From: Carcharhinus longimanus
Taxonomy: Eukaryota
DNA length: 64,000 nt
Assembly (NCBI GenBank): GCA_030264375.1
Contig: JASCQW010000163.1
Coordinates: 21,323,300-21,387,299, forward strand
Direction of reading: 5' to 3'
Position 1 is the stretch's first letter, and the number at the start of each line of letters is the position of its first letter. The position numbers were made by a program, and so were the translations under genes. Positions 11,825 to 24,428 of the stretch are shown here, piece by piece. The notes beneath the pieces were generated by a model. It searched no databases, was not told the origin of the DNA, and was given only the letters and a program-made list of their open reading frames with translations.

Positions 11825-12540
11825 ATTCATTCATGGGATGTGAGCATTACTGGAAATACCAGCAATTGTTGCTCATCTCAAATTGTGCTTAAGAGCTGAT
11901 GGTGAGCCATCTTCTTGAACCACTGCTGTGTGGTATAGGTACATCCACAGTGCAGTAATGAAGGGAGTCTCAAGTTTTTGATCCAACGATATTGATGGGA
12001 CAACAATGTAATTCGCGATTAGGATGTTGTTTATCAATTACAAGGAGTGGTGTTCTCATGCATCTGCTCCCATCGTCCTTCCAGATTGGCGATGACAGGC
12101 TTGGAAAGTGCTGCTAAAAGAGAGTCTGGGTGAGTTGCTGCACTGCATGTTGGAGGTAGTACACACTGCTCACATGTGACAATGAGAGCACATGTTTAAG
12201 GTCGGTACAGCACCAATCAAGTGCATTAACTGTTCTAGGCACATATTCCATTACATGCTAACTTGTATCATGTAATTGGCAGACAAGCTTTGGTGAAGCC
12301 AGGAAGTGAATTGCTTGCAACAGAATTCTCAGCTTTTGACCCACACCTGTACCACAGCATTAATATGACTGGTCCAGTTTAGCTTTTAGTCAAATGGTAA
12401 ATAGATAACATTGATGGTGGGTTTCAGCAAATGATAACGGCACTGAACACCAAGCTGAGATAACTCGATTGTCTCCTGTTGAACATGGTCAATACCTAGC
12501 ATTTGTTGGATGCGAATGTTAGTTGCAATTATTCAGCAAA
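11825..12540 (-). mobile_element. CR1/L2-group LINE 3' portion (second family)
   Basis: Tail CATTCATGGGATGTG.GCA.....G...CCAGCA is the reverse complement of the end of the 28450-28990 segment and is also seen at 44632. Confidence 0.7.
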
Positions 12541-13060
12541 ACATCCTTAGTGAGAAACTAAAGGGGAAAAAAGGCTCTCATAACTAAAGATAACAATAGC
12601 ATTCAGAAGTTTCTTCCACCCTGTTAGACTCTGCTTCATTGACATTTGAATGTAACATGGACTTCCCTTCCTCAAGCATTGTTCAGTGCTCGCCTGCAGT
12701 GACATCGTGACTCTGTCTCAGGGCTGGACGCAGAAGAAAAACGTCAGTCATGGCTGCAATTGTTTTGACAAATACAAGGGTTCCATTTTCAAATTCCTTA
12801 CAAGTATCTTCTGGCAAGAAAATCAAGTAGACATAATTCATTGGCTGGTTTAATCACACTCAAATGAATAAGTTGCTTTTAAAAAATTATTTTACATCAC
12901 TCGAATTCGACAGTGTAACAGAATGCCAGCAGCACATGGAGTTCGATAGATTAACATTTTAAAACCGCCATTAACATTATATCCAGTACACAATTTTTTT
13001 TTTCAAACCAGCTTGATGAGGTAATTATTTGGATCAACATTAAAAATGAAGCAGACTTAC

Positions 13061-13134
13061 CCGCGAGGATTCATATGACGGACTTGGTTGGTCAGCTGAT
13101 CCCCAAGAACTTGTACCTGTTCGTTCTTCCATTA
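13061..13134 (-). CDS. TCF12: Internal coding exon (exon-4 equivalent) of E-protein bHLH transcription factor, most likely TCF12/HEB
   Basis: Minus strand reads ccttttcttttgatag|TA ATG GAA GAA CGA ACA GGT ACA AGT TCT TGG GGA TCA GCT GAC CAA CCA AGT CCG TCA TAT GAA TCC TCG CGG|gtaagt, a canonical acceptor with polypyrimidine tract and a consensus donor. It is 74 bp, phase 1 to phase 0. Peptide MEERTGTSSWGSADQPSPSYESSR has 16/24 identities to recalled human TCF12 ([24 protein letters not shown]) and 12/24 to recalled TCF3 (LEDRPSSGSWGSGDQSSSSFDPSR). Confidence 0.9.
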
Positions 13135-14697
13135 CTATCAAAAGAAAAGGCCTTATTTACTTACAAGAAGACAAGTCTGCTATGGTGTTTTATATCATTT
13201 TAGTCTTTGTTTGCTACATTTTCCACAAACCACAAAGCTCTTCTAAAATTTTCAATTCACTCCCAGATTCCTGTCACTTTTTGACCACTGATCATCTAGT
13301 ACCATCCACCAAATGGTTTTCTTGAAGACTTGAGAATAATTGCTGTGTACCAGAAATTAATACCAATTTATATTCTACTTTGTTCTGAACCTCTGCTTCA
13401 GGCAACAGGATGCAGGCACCAGGAAATGAGCCACTTGGCCATTTTGGGTCAGTGCCAACACAAAGCATTTCTAAGTCACCGGAAAGCTATAGTATAAAGT
13501 TTCCTCAGTTCAGTTCCAACCACACATCTTAAGCCCGGCTTCAAAGAACATCCCTCATGTGCCAGTGGCATTTTCTATACAAACCAGCTTTGAAAGCCCA
13601 AATGAACCTGCCAAATGATTACCAAATCAGAGAGACAGGTTTACACTTCCCACAGCAATATTTTTGTTGTCATACAACTCATTTGACTATTAGAGGTGTA
13701 AGGAGAAGGGAAATTCAGATTGGCGTGAATTCAAATCTAGATCTCAGGATTCAAATAGTGCTTCACCACACCACAGTAATGCACTCACAAAAGCACTACA
13801 TGCCCCCTATGAAAACTTACACTTGAAATTTTTCAGAGTTTCAACATTTTTGTGAAAATAACTGCTCTTTAACGGCTCAAAGGGCTAAATGGCCTACTCC
13901 TGCTCCTATTTCTTATGTTCTTGTATGTTTAACGAATTAAAAACCGTGTTCGAAACGCAGGAAAACACTCAAATAAAACTAACAAACTTTGCTTCTCATT
14001 TTTGATATTCTCTTTGATTCTTTTCCCCAAAAACAGCAATAAATCCTGCTCTATTGGTCCACAGAAAGCAGTTCTTCATTAGTTCAACAATTCCTATCTC
14101 ATGAGCCTCACAGTGGGCAATTCATTCACCAGTAGTTGCAGAGTCAAGTCCAAATTTCTTATCAATTGTCAGCAACTCTGTACGCTCTTGCAATGTTAGT
14201 TAAATCAGGGGCAAACTGTATTTGCTCTCCTTAACCCACCTTATTGAAAGGCAAACCCATAAGCCAGATGGGCCTCTGCCACAAAAGGCAATATATTTGC
14301 ACACAAATCTAGTGAGTGGGCCAATGAAGACCACATTTCCGCCCCAAAAATTCAAAGATTACCCAAGCATTTTTGTTTTATTCTAAGCATAAGAATATGA
14401 AATGGCACTGCACTTGTAGTTTCATCTTTATAGTCCCAGCACAATGAGTCTTCAACAGGTAAATAATGCAACAAATTGAATTTGTCACTTACATTTCTTT
14501 AGGGGAGAAAATTAGTGCATTCTCACACTGAGTAGTGACAAATAACAGTAAGGACATGTTAAGAAAAGGTAGCTTTATGGGATTTATATATGCATTTGTA
14601 GACATTAGAAATAATGTATAGTTTTGCGAGTGTATAATTTCACATTTCTGTGCCTGGAAGGTAAAAATCAATAGTTAGATTAATGCTAGACAAAAGA

Positions 14698-15698
14698 TGT
14701 TTGCGGAGAGGTTGGTTAAATTCCAACTTTGATTCTGTTGCATTTAGATAGGATTACAGCATGAAAATAAATAGTAGTAGCAGTTATTGCGTAGCAACTG
14801 GGTCTTTGTCTGGTCGAAAAGTTTTAAGTTTTAATTTTAGCTGGGTATATTGCAGTTCGAAACAGGACACCAGGGAGTGAACATCTCTGAACTCTGCCAG
14901 AAGTTGGACAGGACAAGGGAGTTGCAAAAGTGCTAAAGATCCTAAGTAACAAGATACAGACCAGATAACTGAGACAGAATATCTAAACAACTGCATTTAA
15001 GAGAACAGAAACCAAGGTATTTATAAGAAAAAGGCAATTGCCATAAGCAGATTTGAATTGGGACAACAAAAATAAACATAACATTTGATGCCATTTTAAT
15101 AAGAGTCTGGGAATTGAGAGTTGAAGCAGGCAAGACAAAAGAAGTCCCAAAGGGCTGATGTAAAACCTGGATGGGATAATGGTGGAGCAGAACTTTGGTT
15201 TAAAAAGGTGTTATTTAGAAAACCTGGACCAGATTTCAGAATGCAAAACATTAATGGAAAGCATTATTGTGAACAAAGATATTAAAACGTGATTTTTTGG
15301 GAATCGAGTTTGGAAACTTTCACAGGTCAATCATCTGGTGGATTCTGAGGAGATATCCACAGACCTTTATTTGTGGTTCAAAATGGAAAACGTTTTTTGA
15401 CCACAGCCATATTATGTATTTCAAGGGATGCTGTGTTATTCTGACCATTGTCATAAGCTAGTAGACAAACTTCATAATCCATGTTAATGTGACACTCTGT
15501 ATGTATTTGTTAAGCCAGAAGTGTCGTATCAATCTAATTTTTCGATGTTTAATCAAGGTGTTTTTCTTGTTAAAACTAACTAGCATCTCGTGACTCTGTT
15601 CCTCCAAATTTTGAGGACAGGTAAACGGTAGTCTTTTGAGTCAAGGCTCCATTCTCTGATCTCCCCATGCAGTTATAATATTAACTGGAACTGCAACA
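14698..15698. mobile_element. Possible solo LTR (~1 kb)
   Basis: Segment begins TGTT and ends AACA, has no ORF, and flanks AAGA/AACA may be a decayed 4-bp TSD. The overall resemblance to shark LTRs is from memory only. Confidence 0.4.
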
Positions 15699-17869
15699 AA
15701 CACCACTTCAATATAATAAAAAACAGTTTAAGTGAAACCAAAAACCCCATGCACACAAACACATTTGTGTAACATGAACTTAACTTGAGTTGTACCCTTT
15801 AAACCTACACCTTAACTCTAATATTTAACAATACAATTATAGATACTTAAAACTGGTGCAGGAAAGCACAATTAGTAATTCATCAGCACAAGAAATTACA
15901 TTCAGGCAGGTTAATTTTCAAATATGATTGTGTAATATCTAACTTTTATTTTATTATCGGCTATTGTAAACATGGAGAACACCTTTAACCGCCCTTCATA
16001 GTTAGTAGTTAACCTCAACCATATTGCCCCAGGTTTTGGAAAGGTGAGGAACAAAACGACCTGTTAACTCATTTAGGCCATTTGAATGCCTTGCACCATC
16101 TGAAACTATACCTGAACGTAACTAGCAGTGACAAAATGCAGTGTTATTACCACTGACCAGCGAGATATATATTCCTTACCACAACTATTTTTGAATTATC
16201 AATATTTATATTTACAATGCTGACGATTCAAATAACCCTGGACACATGATAAATTGTTGAAATATTATCTTTGAAGCATTATCTCATCCAACAGTAAATT
16301 AATCAAGATCATCTACACTACGTAAATTACACTACCACGATATCCCAATGAGAAGTATGATGTAAAAAACATTTTAAAAGGCAGTCCATCATATGTTAAT
16401 ATAATGCTAAATTTGACTTAGCGAAAGTATAGGTCACCAATGTTCAGTACTCCTGCGGGTTAGGCACAGTAGGAGACCATGTATGTTACATGCCTGCTGA
16501 TAGAGACAGGATTAGACTGCAGGCAGCTGTGAAACACGCAGCTGCAGCGCATGGAACTACAAAGCAGAGACAAAACTGCAGTCCGAGCTCAAACATAAAA
16601 GCTAATTTGATGCAACAGTACTATGAAAGTTCAAATGCAAGCAACGTATTGCTACATTTTTATGATTCCATCATGAACAGCTAAATCAGAATGCCAGTTG
16701 CACAGGTATGTAAACTCGTCAAGTGGAAGTGGCAGGTGTAATTCATTTAAATCCGACTATACTGGATTTCCAATGCAGCAAAGAAACAAACATAATTCTA
16801 TGTCAAATAACAGCAACCCCGCACCAAGAAAATGCTCTTTTTTCCTTGCAAGATGGACTACTAAAATAACACTATTTGGATATCTGAATATGAGTTTTGC
16901 ACCCATGTGCAGCAGCTACGCAACTGTCAACTTCTGTATTTGAGAATTATTTCAACATTACTTGTATCACATGAGATAATTTTATCTTCTGTATACATAA
17001 TATGCAGATCAAAATGCATACCATGTTTTACAACTGAACGTTTTTGAAGTAGTTTCTCATTAACACAATGAAATGGAAGCTAAGTAGAATGTTTCTACAA
17101 CAGCAATTTCATCCCCACCTCACGAACTCAACCGCAAAAAATGTACCACAGAAATGAAGCTTTCAATTTAGGAACCCAAATAGGTGGTGAAAAAAATCTT
17201 TCCCAGATGACAAAAGTTTGATCATTGCACGTTGTCAAACTATCCACAAGTCATTTCATTAATAATTCAGCCTTGGATGAAAAGCACAAATGAAACCAAA
17301 AGCACATTTATTCTTAAAGTAATATGAAAAAAATGCCTTGCAAGGTTACCATCTGTCTTCGATGATCAAATCACAGATTTTACTGGTAAAATTAGATTTT
17401 TGAAAGCCACACTTGCCATTGCTGTACACTTATACCAAGTGCTGCCAATTTTCTAACTTCATTTTAACAGCAAATGATGTTCTTACAAGTATAGATTCTT
17501 GGTTAAATGTAATAACTTTAACCATTTTTTCTCATCAGATTTTCCATTTTCCATAAAGATGCTGCACTGAAATGGTCCTGAGGTTTCAGTAAACTATGCA
17601 ACTACATTGAAACTACTGTTTGGTCTTGCAGTCCTGTTCAATTATTACAGCTTTGTTATCCTTACCACACCAACAATCCCATTCATTTCCCAAAGTGCAT
17701 TTTGAGCCACAAAATTCCCCTAACAAAAGCATAACCTTGCTCTACAGGCAACTGTTTGGAGAGGCTTTAGCAATTTTATTTTAATTTGACTTTTCCCAGC
17801 AGAGGTAGATAGCACTCCAACACCTTTAACATAAATAAAACATCCAAACCAGCTTTACAACAGTGTTAG

Positions 17870-18590
17870 AAGGTAAAGCATGATACTGAGCCATAGGAGG
17901 AGATTTTAGGTTTCAATGAGTGCTTTGAAAGAGGAAAAAGTGAGGTAGAGAGGTGGAAAACTGTAGGGAGGTTAGTCCAAAGCTGAGGGTCTAGTGAACT
18001 CAAGTCACGGCCACCAGTGATCCAGCCATTCAAATTGGAGATGTAAAAGAGGCTATAATTAGAGCAGCACAGATTTTTGCAGGTTGTGGGGCTGGAGGAG
18101 ATCAGGGATAGGAAAGATGAGGTCAAGGTAGAATGTGAAAACACGGTTGAGAGTTTTTAAAATCAAGAGGTTCATCAGCGAGCACAGATGCAATGGGCAA
18201 CAGGACTTTGAGTTTAGACACGGTGGGTTCTGGATGACCTCAAATTTGCAGAGGGTTGAGTGACAGGAACGAATACAAATAGTCCCAAGTCTAGAAGTAA
18301 TCCAAGGCCAGGTTACAGCAATGGATAAGCTGTGACAGGGGTGCAATCGACGTTACAGTGGAAATAGGCCATCATTGTGATTGCACACGAGGTTAAAAAC
18401 TTCTCGGGATCAAATGTGACAACTCATTGCGAACAGACTGGCGTAATCAGAAACGGTTGCCAGGGAGAGGAGTGGAATCAGTAGCTTAGGAACAGAACTT
18501 GATGCAACGATCAAAAACAATGACTTCAGTCTTCCCAAGATTTAATTGGAGGAAATTTCCACTCATCCAGTGCTGGAAATCAAAGTAACA
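17870..18590 (-). mobile_element. L2 LINE 3' portion
   Basis: Minus-strand remnants (TSRL...; KFEVIQN; FKTLLK-like end) and an L2 tail with GCTTTACCTTCTAACAC. Same type as 48900-49730. Confidence 0.7.
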
Positions 18591-20024
18591 GTCTATAGTA
18601 ATGTGAGGGAACTGAAACATCACTTATCAGTTTGGTTTGCTGCTGAATGAGAAGCAATCGCTTTCAAACAAAACAGCAGAACACAAGTTCAGAACCTGAG
18701 GTTTAGTGAGAGTGGGTGTTCCAATTGCATAGCTCTGAGCCACAAAAAATTAAATTCTTAATGTCTTGGCAGTTTGGTGAGGTGTTTTTCACCCTCATTC
18801 TAAACTCAACTGAGAATAAAACATCACTGCACCATCCAATATACCAGTCTTTGGATACTTCTTCCCTCAAATACCAAAAATAGATAAGTGGTGATTCCAC
18901 TGTTTGGTTAAGACTTACGCCAACTGGCTGATGTGTTTGCCTGCATAAAAAGTGACTAAATTTTAAAACTAATTTATGATAGGTGCTTTGAAATATATTA
19001 GGCACCTTTTTATGTTTGCCACATACCAAGCAACTCAAAACATCTTTATTCAGAACGTGACGTAAAGGATTTGCAAAAAAGGCATGCTAATCTGAGCCTG
19101 ATTACTCCAGAATACTGAGACACAAATTAGAACACCCACTCATTAATACTGTTTCCTCATGCCTCAATTCCTGAGCAAAAGATTCTGGATCTCAAGTACC
19201 AAAGGATGCCTTTCCATTAATTGCTTAGCTCTGGACCACAAAATATTAAACTCTCTTGTGTGCCACAAACTTAACTTAAATTGGTCTGTGGTCTTTCATA
19301 TATGGCTTCAGTTGCAGCACAGTACTCATCACATCTTGCTGCATAACAGCTACCTTCAAGGAAAAGCTAAATTCCAGCTGCTGTTTCAAGATCCCTTTCA
19401 ATGATAATGTTCCTGTCTTGGGGGTGGGGTCTGTCAGAGAGGCACAAATCATCACAGCTCACTTTTTAGTCCATAATACCAAGAGGAATAATGATTTTGA
19501 TGTTCTAACTGTATGATTAATATAGAACAAAACCACTGTTGACAACATCACCCAACACATTACTAAAATGTATTTTTATTAAAACTGATAATTAATGACA
19601 GTGGAGGCGCATTGTGTCATTTCTCTTTCAACACAGATGTAACCTCCCAAAGCTTCTAACTTCTTCATAAAGGTGTCAGAGGCCAAGTCTAAAGAAAAAC
19701 AGATACAATACAAGATATTTTTAAGTCAAAAGAATTCCAAATGAAACCAAAAATTATTTTTGATTTATGGGGTCCAATGCCTCATACGTAAGACAGCAAC
19801 TTAAGCCACCTGAAAAGCCATCAGCAGTACACTTCATTAATCTTCAGCCCACCAGGATCCTCTGCTAGTCAATGTAAACCATAAATTCATTGAAGCACCA
19901 TAATGACTTGCATTCCAGCTTTGAGAGATTTGGCAGTAATAATTACTCATGCCTGATAGCCGACCAATCAGCTATATGGCGAGAAGCCAGTTCAGCTTCA
20001 CCTTATATTTATGAAATGCTATGG

Positions 20025-20220
20025 AGCTCAGTAGTGGACAATCAGCAGCCCATGGGCTACTAGATTGTGATGGTGGGCCTTAAGGCATTTTGTCAACTGT
20101 TGCCACGTTCCACTGCTTTCCATCTGCATGCTTGTTTTCCTGCCACTGTCAAGTGATATGGACGTAAAGCAAGAGCAAATGAAGTACATGCCTGATTGCA
20201 TACAACGTTGCCTACGAGAG
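20025..20220 (+). mobile_element. Partial non-autonomous hAT-type element (same family as 63516)
   Basis: Starts CAGTAGTGGACAA and shares GTAAAGCAAGAGCAA(A/G)TGAA and downstream sequence with 63670-63720. Confidence 0.55.
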
Positions 20221-20327
20221 CCTAGTAATCCCTCTGCCTTTTTTTATTATTTGAAGTTAATAACAGTTCTAATACACAAATGATTAAGTAGTTTATGTAA
20301 GTTATATTCATACTCTATATCTTTGAT

Positions 20328-20682
20328 ATTCATCCGTGGGACAAGGATAACACTGACCGGCCAGTATTTATTGCCCATTCCTTGTTGTCAGAGGGCATTT
20401 AAGAGGCAACCACATTGTTATGGCTCTGGAGTCACATGAAGGCCACACTAGTTAAGGACAGCAGATTTCCTTCCCTGAAGGACATTAGTGAACCAGATGG
20501 GTTTTTCTGACGATAGACAATGCTTTCATGGTCATCAATAGATTCTTAATTCCAGATTTTTTTTTTACTCAATTCAAACTCCACTATCTGCTGTGGCAGG
20601 ATTCGAACCCAGGTCCTCCAGAACAACAGCTGAGTTTGTGGATTAATGGTCTAGTGATAATATCAGTATGCCATTGCCTCCC
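20328..20682 (-). mobile_element. tRNA-derived SINE (family distinct from HE1)
   Basis: B box GGGTTCGAATCC on the minus strand at ~20599-20610. Body GCAGATTTCCTTCCCT.AAGGACATTAGTGAACCAGATGGG is shared with 36585 and 43395, and the tail resembles the LINE tail at 11825. Confidence 0.8.
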
Positions 20683-23600
20683 CACTTCCTGAACTCATTG
20701 TGAAGTGTTCAGCATGTATGAAATACATCAAATCTTATTCACAAGTTCATGGTTAGTCAACAACTCCAATTTCAATCTGTGGCCCATTAATTTGGGGAGG
20801 GACTCTGAGATGAAGCCACTCACGCGGCCCACTCACTTGTCTTTGTTGCTTATCAATACCGCAGCTCCTCAGCCCCCAAAATCCAAGCAGCACAGCACAT
20901 GAAGCTACAAATATCGAATTACACATGATAGGAGCTGCAAGGGTCATTGATGTTAATAAATTACCCTCCTATACTTTTAAATAAACCTTCAGTGAAATTA
21001 TCTTTTCCGAATAACAAGGTGCTTAAAACGAGCCATCTGGTGTTGTTATGCAGCATTGCAAATAGTTGAAATTTTTAAAATTGAGTAACAAGTATAGAAA
21101 ATATCAAGGATTACAGTCTAAACTTAGCCTTCAAATTCTATCCAAGCTTCTGGAGGCATCACATACCAAAGTTCTCTTTCAGAAATTTCTGCCAAATTCT
21201 GTATTCCTAACAGTTAACTTTATAGTGTGAAGCAAATCATATTTTTATGATAACATGTTGTTGTGAAACACAACATAACAATTGACAACTCAATGAGTAC
21301 AAGGAAAAAAATACTATGTCATGTCTCAGGATATTTTTAAGTGCAGACACGGCTGAGCATAAAACAAAAATTATGAATGACCAATTATACTGTTCTCGTG
21401 GTGGGATACATGTTGGTCAGGAAGCTCTTAGAACCTATAGTTCCACTTCAAATGGTGGCTACAGATATTTCTCATCCTCCTGAGCAGACAGGCAGCCTCA
21501 GTTTAAAATCTCACTTGACAGATAGAAATCACCCAGTAACTTACTGACCGGACAGCATTGCTTGTGGATGCAAGACATGGAATAGAATTTGAACCAAGAA
21601 CCTTTAGACACAAAGGCATAATTATTACCACAGATCCAAGCTGAACATCTTGAACAAAATGAGCAAATCTCTGAATGATAGATTGTTGTATTGCAAAAAT
21701 TGTTCAAATGCACACCTAGCAGAACAGTAACATGGAGTGATCATTTAGCACTTACACATAAATCAAGACAGCGATTTCTACAGGCTCAGTTTAACCATTT
21801 TAGTGATAACTTTTCCTGTGGTTACATCTGTTATGACTCAGCTGCTTTATGTAACCAGACAGTAAATCACAAACACAAATGCCAAAAGCCATCAGACCAG
21901 AAGTACTAACTGTAGACTAGTGGGCAACAGGTATGATTAACACAACCTGGAACTGATGTGATTTAGTAAGTATTCAAGATAAAATGACCTAAGTCTTCAG
22001 GATTAGAAATGTGTAACTATATAGAACACACTCCTCCCATTAAGACCCAGCAGCAATGCAGCATTTTTTTTTATATAAAGCTCATCATCCTGTGAAACAA
22101 GTTCCAAAATATTCATTGACAGATCACAGCATACTTAAATTTCTATTCATCATAAAGTAACCATTAGGTTACTCCAAGTCTGCAAAGTTCTGAGACAAAA
22201 CTTTTGACCATGATCTTGCCTTCAAATGATAAACAATTTTTAAAAAAGCATCTTTAAACTATCTTCTTCCATCTCTACCTCATCCTCAAAAGCCAAGAAG
22301 TCATGCAAGATAAATAAAAAATCTGCATGGTTGTGGGAGTGAGACAGCTCGTTGATCTCACCACTATTCTCCAACAGGTCATGTTGCAAGTACATCAAAT
22401 TCTACTGATGTTGCCTCTGCAACTGTATCATCATCTTAATCTTCACAGAAGAACCCCGAGACAGCCAGCACCTGCAACATCACTCCAGAATTCTGGAAGC
22501 TGTAAAATTTAAATAAATGGCTCTATAGTTCTATTAAAGCAAAGTAGTAATCAACCTTTAACCAATGCACAGTTTTATCAATTTATGAGCGAGCTTCTTT
22601 GGTCGCTTACCAAGAAAGATTAAGTCAGCAAACTTGGAGCAGTAGTCCAGATATTGGTGTTGCAATTCTGGGAACGGTGTTCAAATGCCAACCAAACTTA
22701 TGGGGCAGAAATCTCCACTGTCTTCTGGCTTTAACAGTCCTATGTGAAATGGGTTTGAGATGTGTAAAATTAAGTTTCAAATGGGCACCGGGCTTTATCA
22801 CAAGCTGCCTTATTTTAGCATCAATACACAGAAAATTAAAATCACTAGCAACGTTGCCCAAAAACATAACATGTTCTGCAACTAACAGCATGCTGTTTAT
22901 TTTTATTAGGAAGTAATGTTGGCTTTTTTGTCGTAGAGCTGCTTTAAAAACAAAAACCATGTAAATTCAAAATGTCAACAATGCTACAGAAGTAAAAATA
23001 GATGTAGGGCTGGTTGCCAAGAAAGAGGGATTAAGAGCGTGGCTAAAAGCATTATTAAAAAATCCTTTTATAACCCATCTTTTTGATTTCGTGCATAGGA
23101 GAGGTTTAAGGAGGAAATTTCAAAAATTAGAACAGTACAAAATCAGCAGGATCAGTGAAAATGAAACATAACTGGAGCAGTGCAGAGAAAACTTGGCATC
23201 TCATCTAAACGTTAGAACTTATTTAGACATGATTTTAATGCTTGAGGAATTCAAACATTTGTGCGTCATATTCCCCGAAGTTAACTTCTTACAGCTTGAT
23301 GAGCACAAGAATAGTCAAAAAGCACCTCTCACCATTTATTCAAATACATCCCAACAGATTAAAATCTGGCTAACTTCAAGTGATTAAAAAAAAGGTATTT
23401 TAAACATCTGGCAGGAACAGACTGCATACTGTATAAAGTTTATTATTTCCTGATGGTTAAATTAAGAGTTCAAATTCTTAAGCTGGTGGCTTGACGTGGG
23501 GGAGAATGCAGCTCATTTGATGACTAAGATGTCAGCAAAGTGCATTTATTGGCAAGAAGGCATGAACAGAAGGGACAATGTTTTAACAACTAAGTTCCCA

Positions 23601-24414
23601 GCATTCGTGAACTGCCATATTTCAAAAAAACGTGAAGACATTTTGCAGTTCTTGATACAGTGGCTTCCTGATCAGAGCTACTAAGGTCACCAGGTACTGA
23701 AACAAGTAGAGGACACGTTAGCATAGTGGTTATGTTATTGGACTAGGAATTTTGAATGTTAAGTTAATGAGCCAGACACCCCTCCCATGGCAGCTTGAGA
23801 ATTTGAACTTGTCGCAAAATCTAAAAATAAAAATCAAATTTACAAATGGATAATATCCATGCCGCTCAATTTCTTGAAATTCACATTACAGTTTGTAGTT
23901 TGGCAACACTTGACATGCTGCTATCATGAAACTTCCCAGTTTCTCAGTAAATCCTGTTCTGTGCATTTTGTTACTCTCTGCATTCCCTGCCATAAACTAT
24001 TCAGCCAAGACTGTTAACCCCACAAATTGTTTGATATTATGTTGGTTTTCCCCATTTCCCCAGGTCATATTTCCGACTCCAGTGTCAGAGATTTTCCAGC
24101 CGACAAAAGGTCATAGATTTGAAACAATCCCTTGCCATAAGTTGGAGTATGTCTGGTGTTTTCTATCTGCAGTTCAGATTTCCAACATCCAGTATTTTGC
24201 CATTTACAGCAGTATTTAATTCATTGCCATTTGTCTCCCAGGAATGCCCACCATGAAAAGGTTGCGCTCTTTATTCAGAGAGAATTGCTGTTTTGTTTTT
24301 GTTCTCAAAGTGATCACTAAGAAAGGGAGAACAACTAGAAGCAAAAGTCATGAAAAACTACACGTGCCATTATTTTGTTGTATTAGGACTTCATTCCACA
24401 ATATAAATGCAATG

Positions 24415-24428
24415 GTTTCTATGGTAAC
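24415..24428. promoter_or_regulatory. RFX X-box consensus match
   Basis: GTTTCTATGGTAAC fits GTYNCY-AT-RGNAAC and lies in repeat-poor intronic sequence. Function is not demonstrated. Confidence 0.4.

Larger units (their letters stand above)
1..13060 (-). other. TCF12: Downstream intron of TCF12 (intron-4 equivalent, >13 kb)
   Basis: Starts at the GTAAGT donor at 13060. The next exon (GF.DSPHY.DHL.DSRL...SPTPFMNS-type) was not found by eye in 1-13060, which contains one 100-N gap. Confidence 0.7.

Noticed and set aside
13700-13780. tRNA gene
   Set aside because: Only decayed A/B-box-like remnants with no cloverleaf. All tRNA-like sequence I found in the window is SINE head.
22330-22510. Exon-like stretch after a TTTTACAG acceptor on the minus strand
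   Set aside because: All three frames stop within about 21 codons and give no recognisable peptide.
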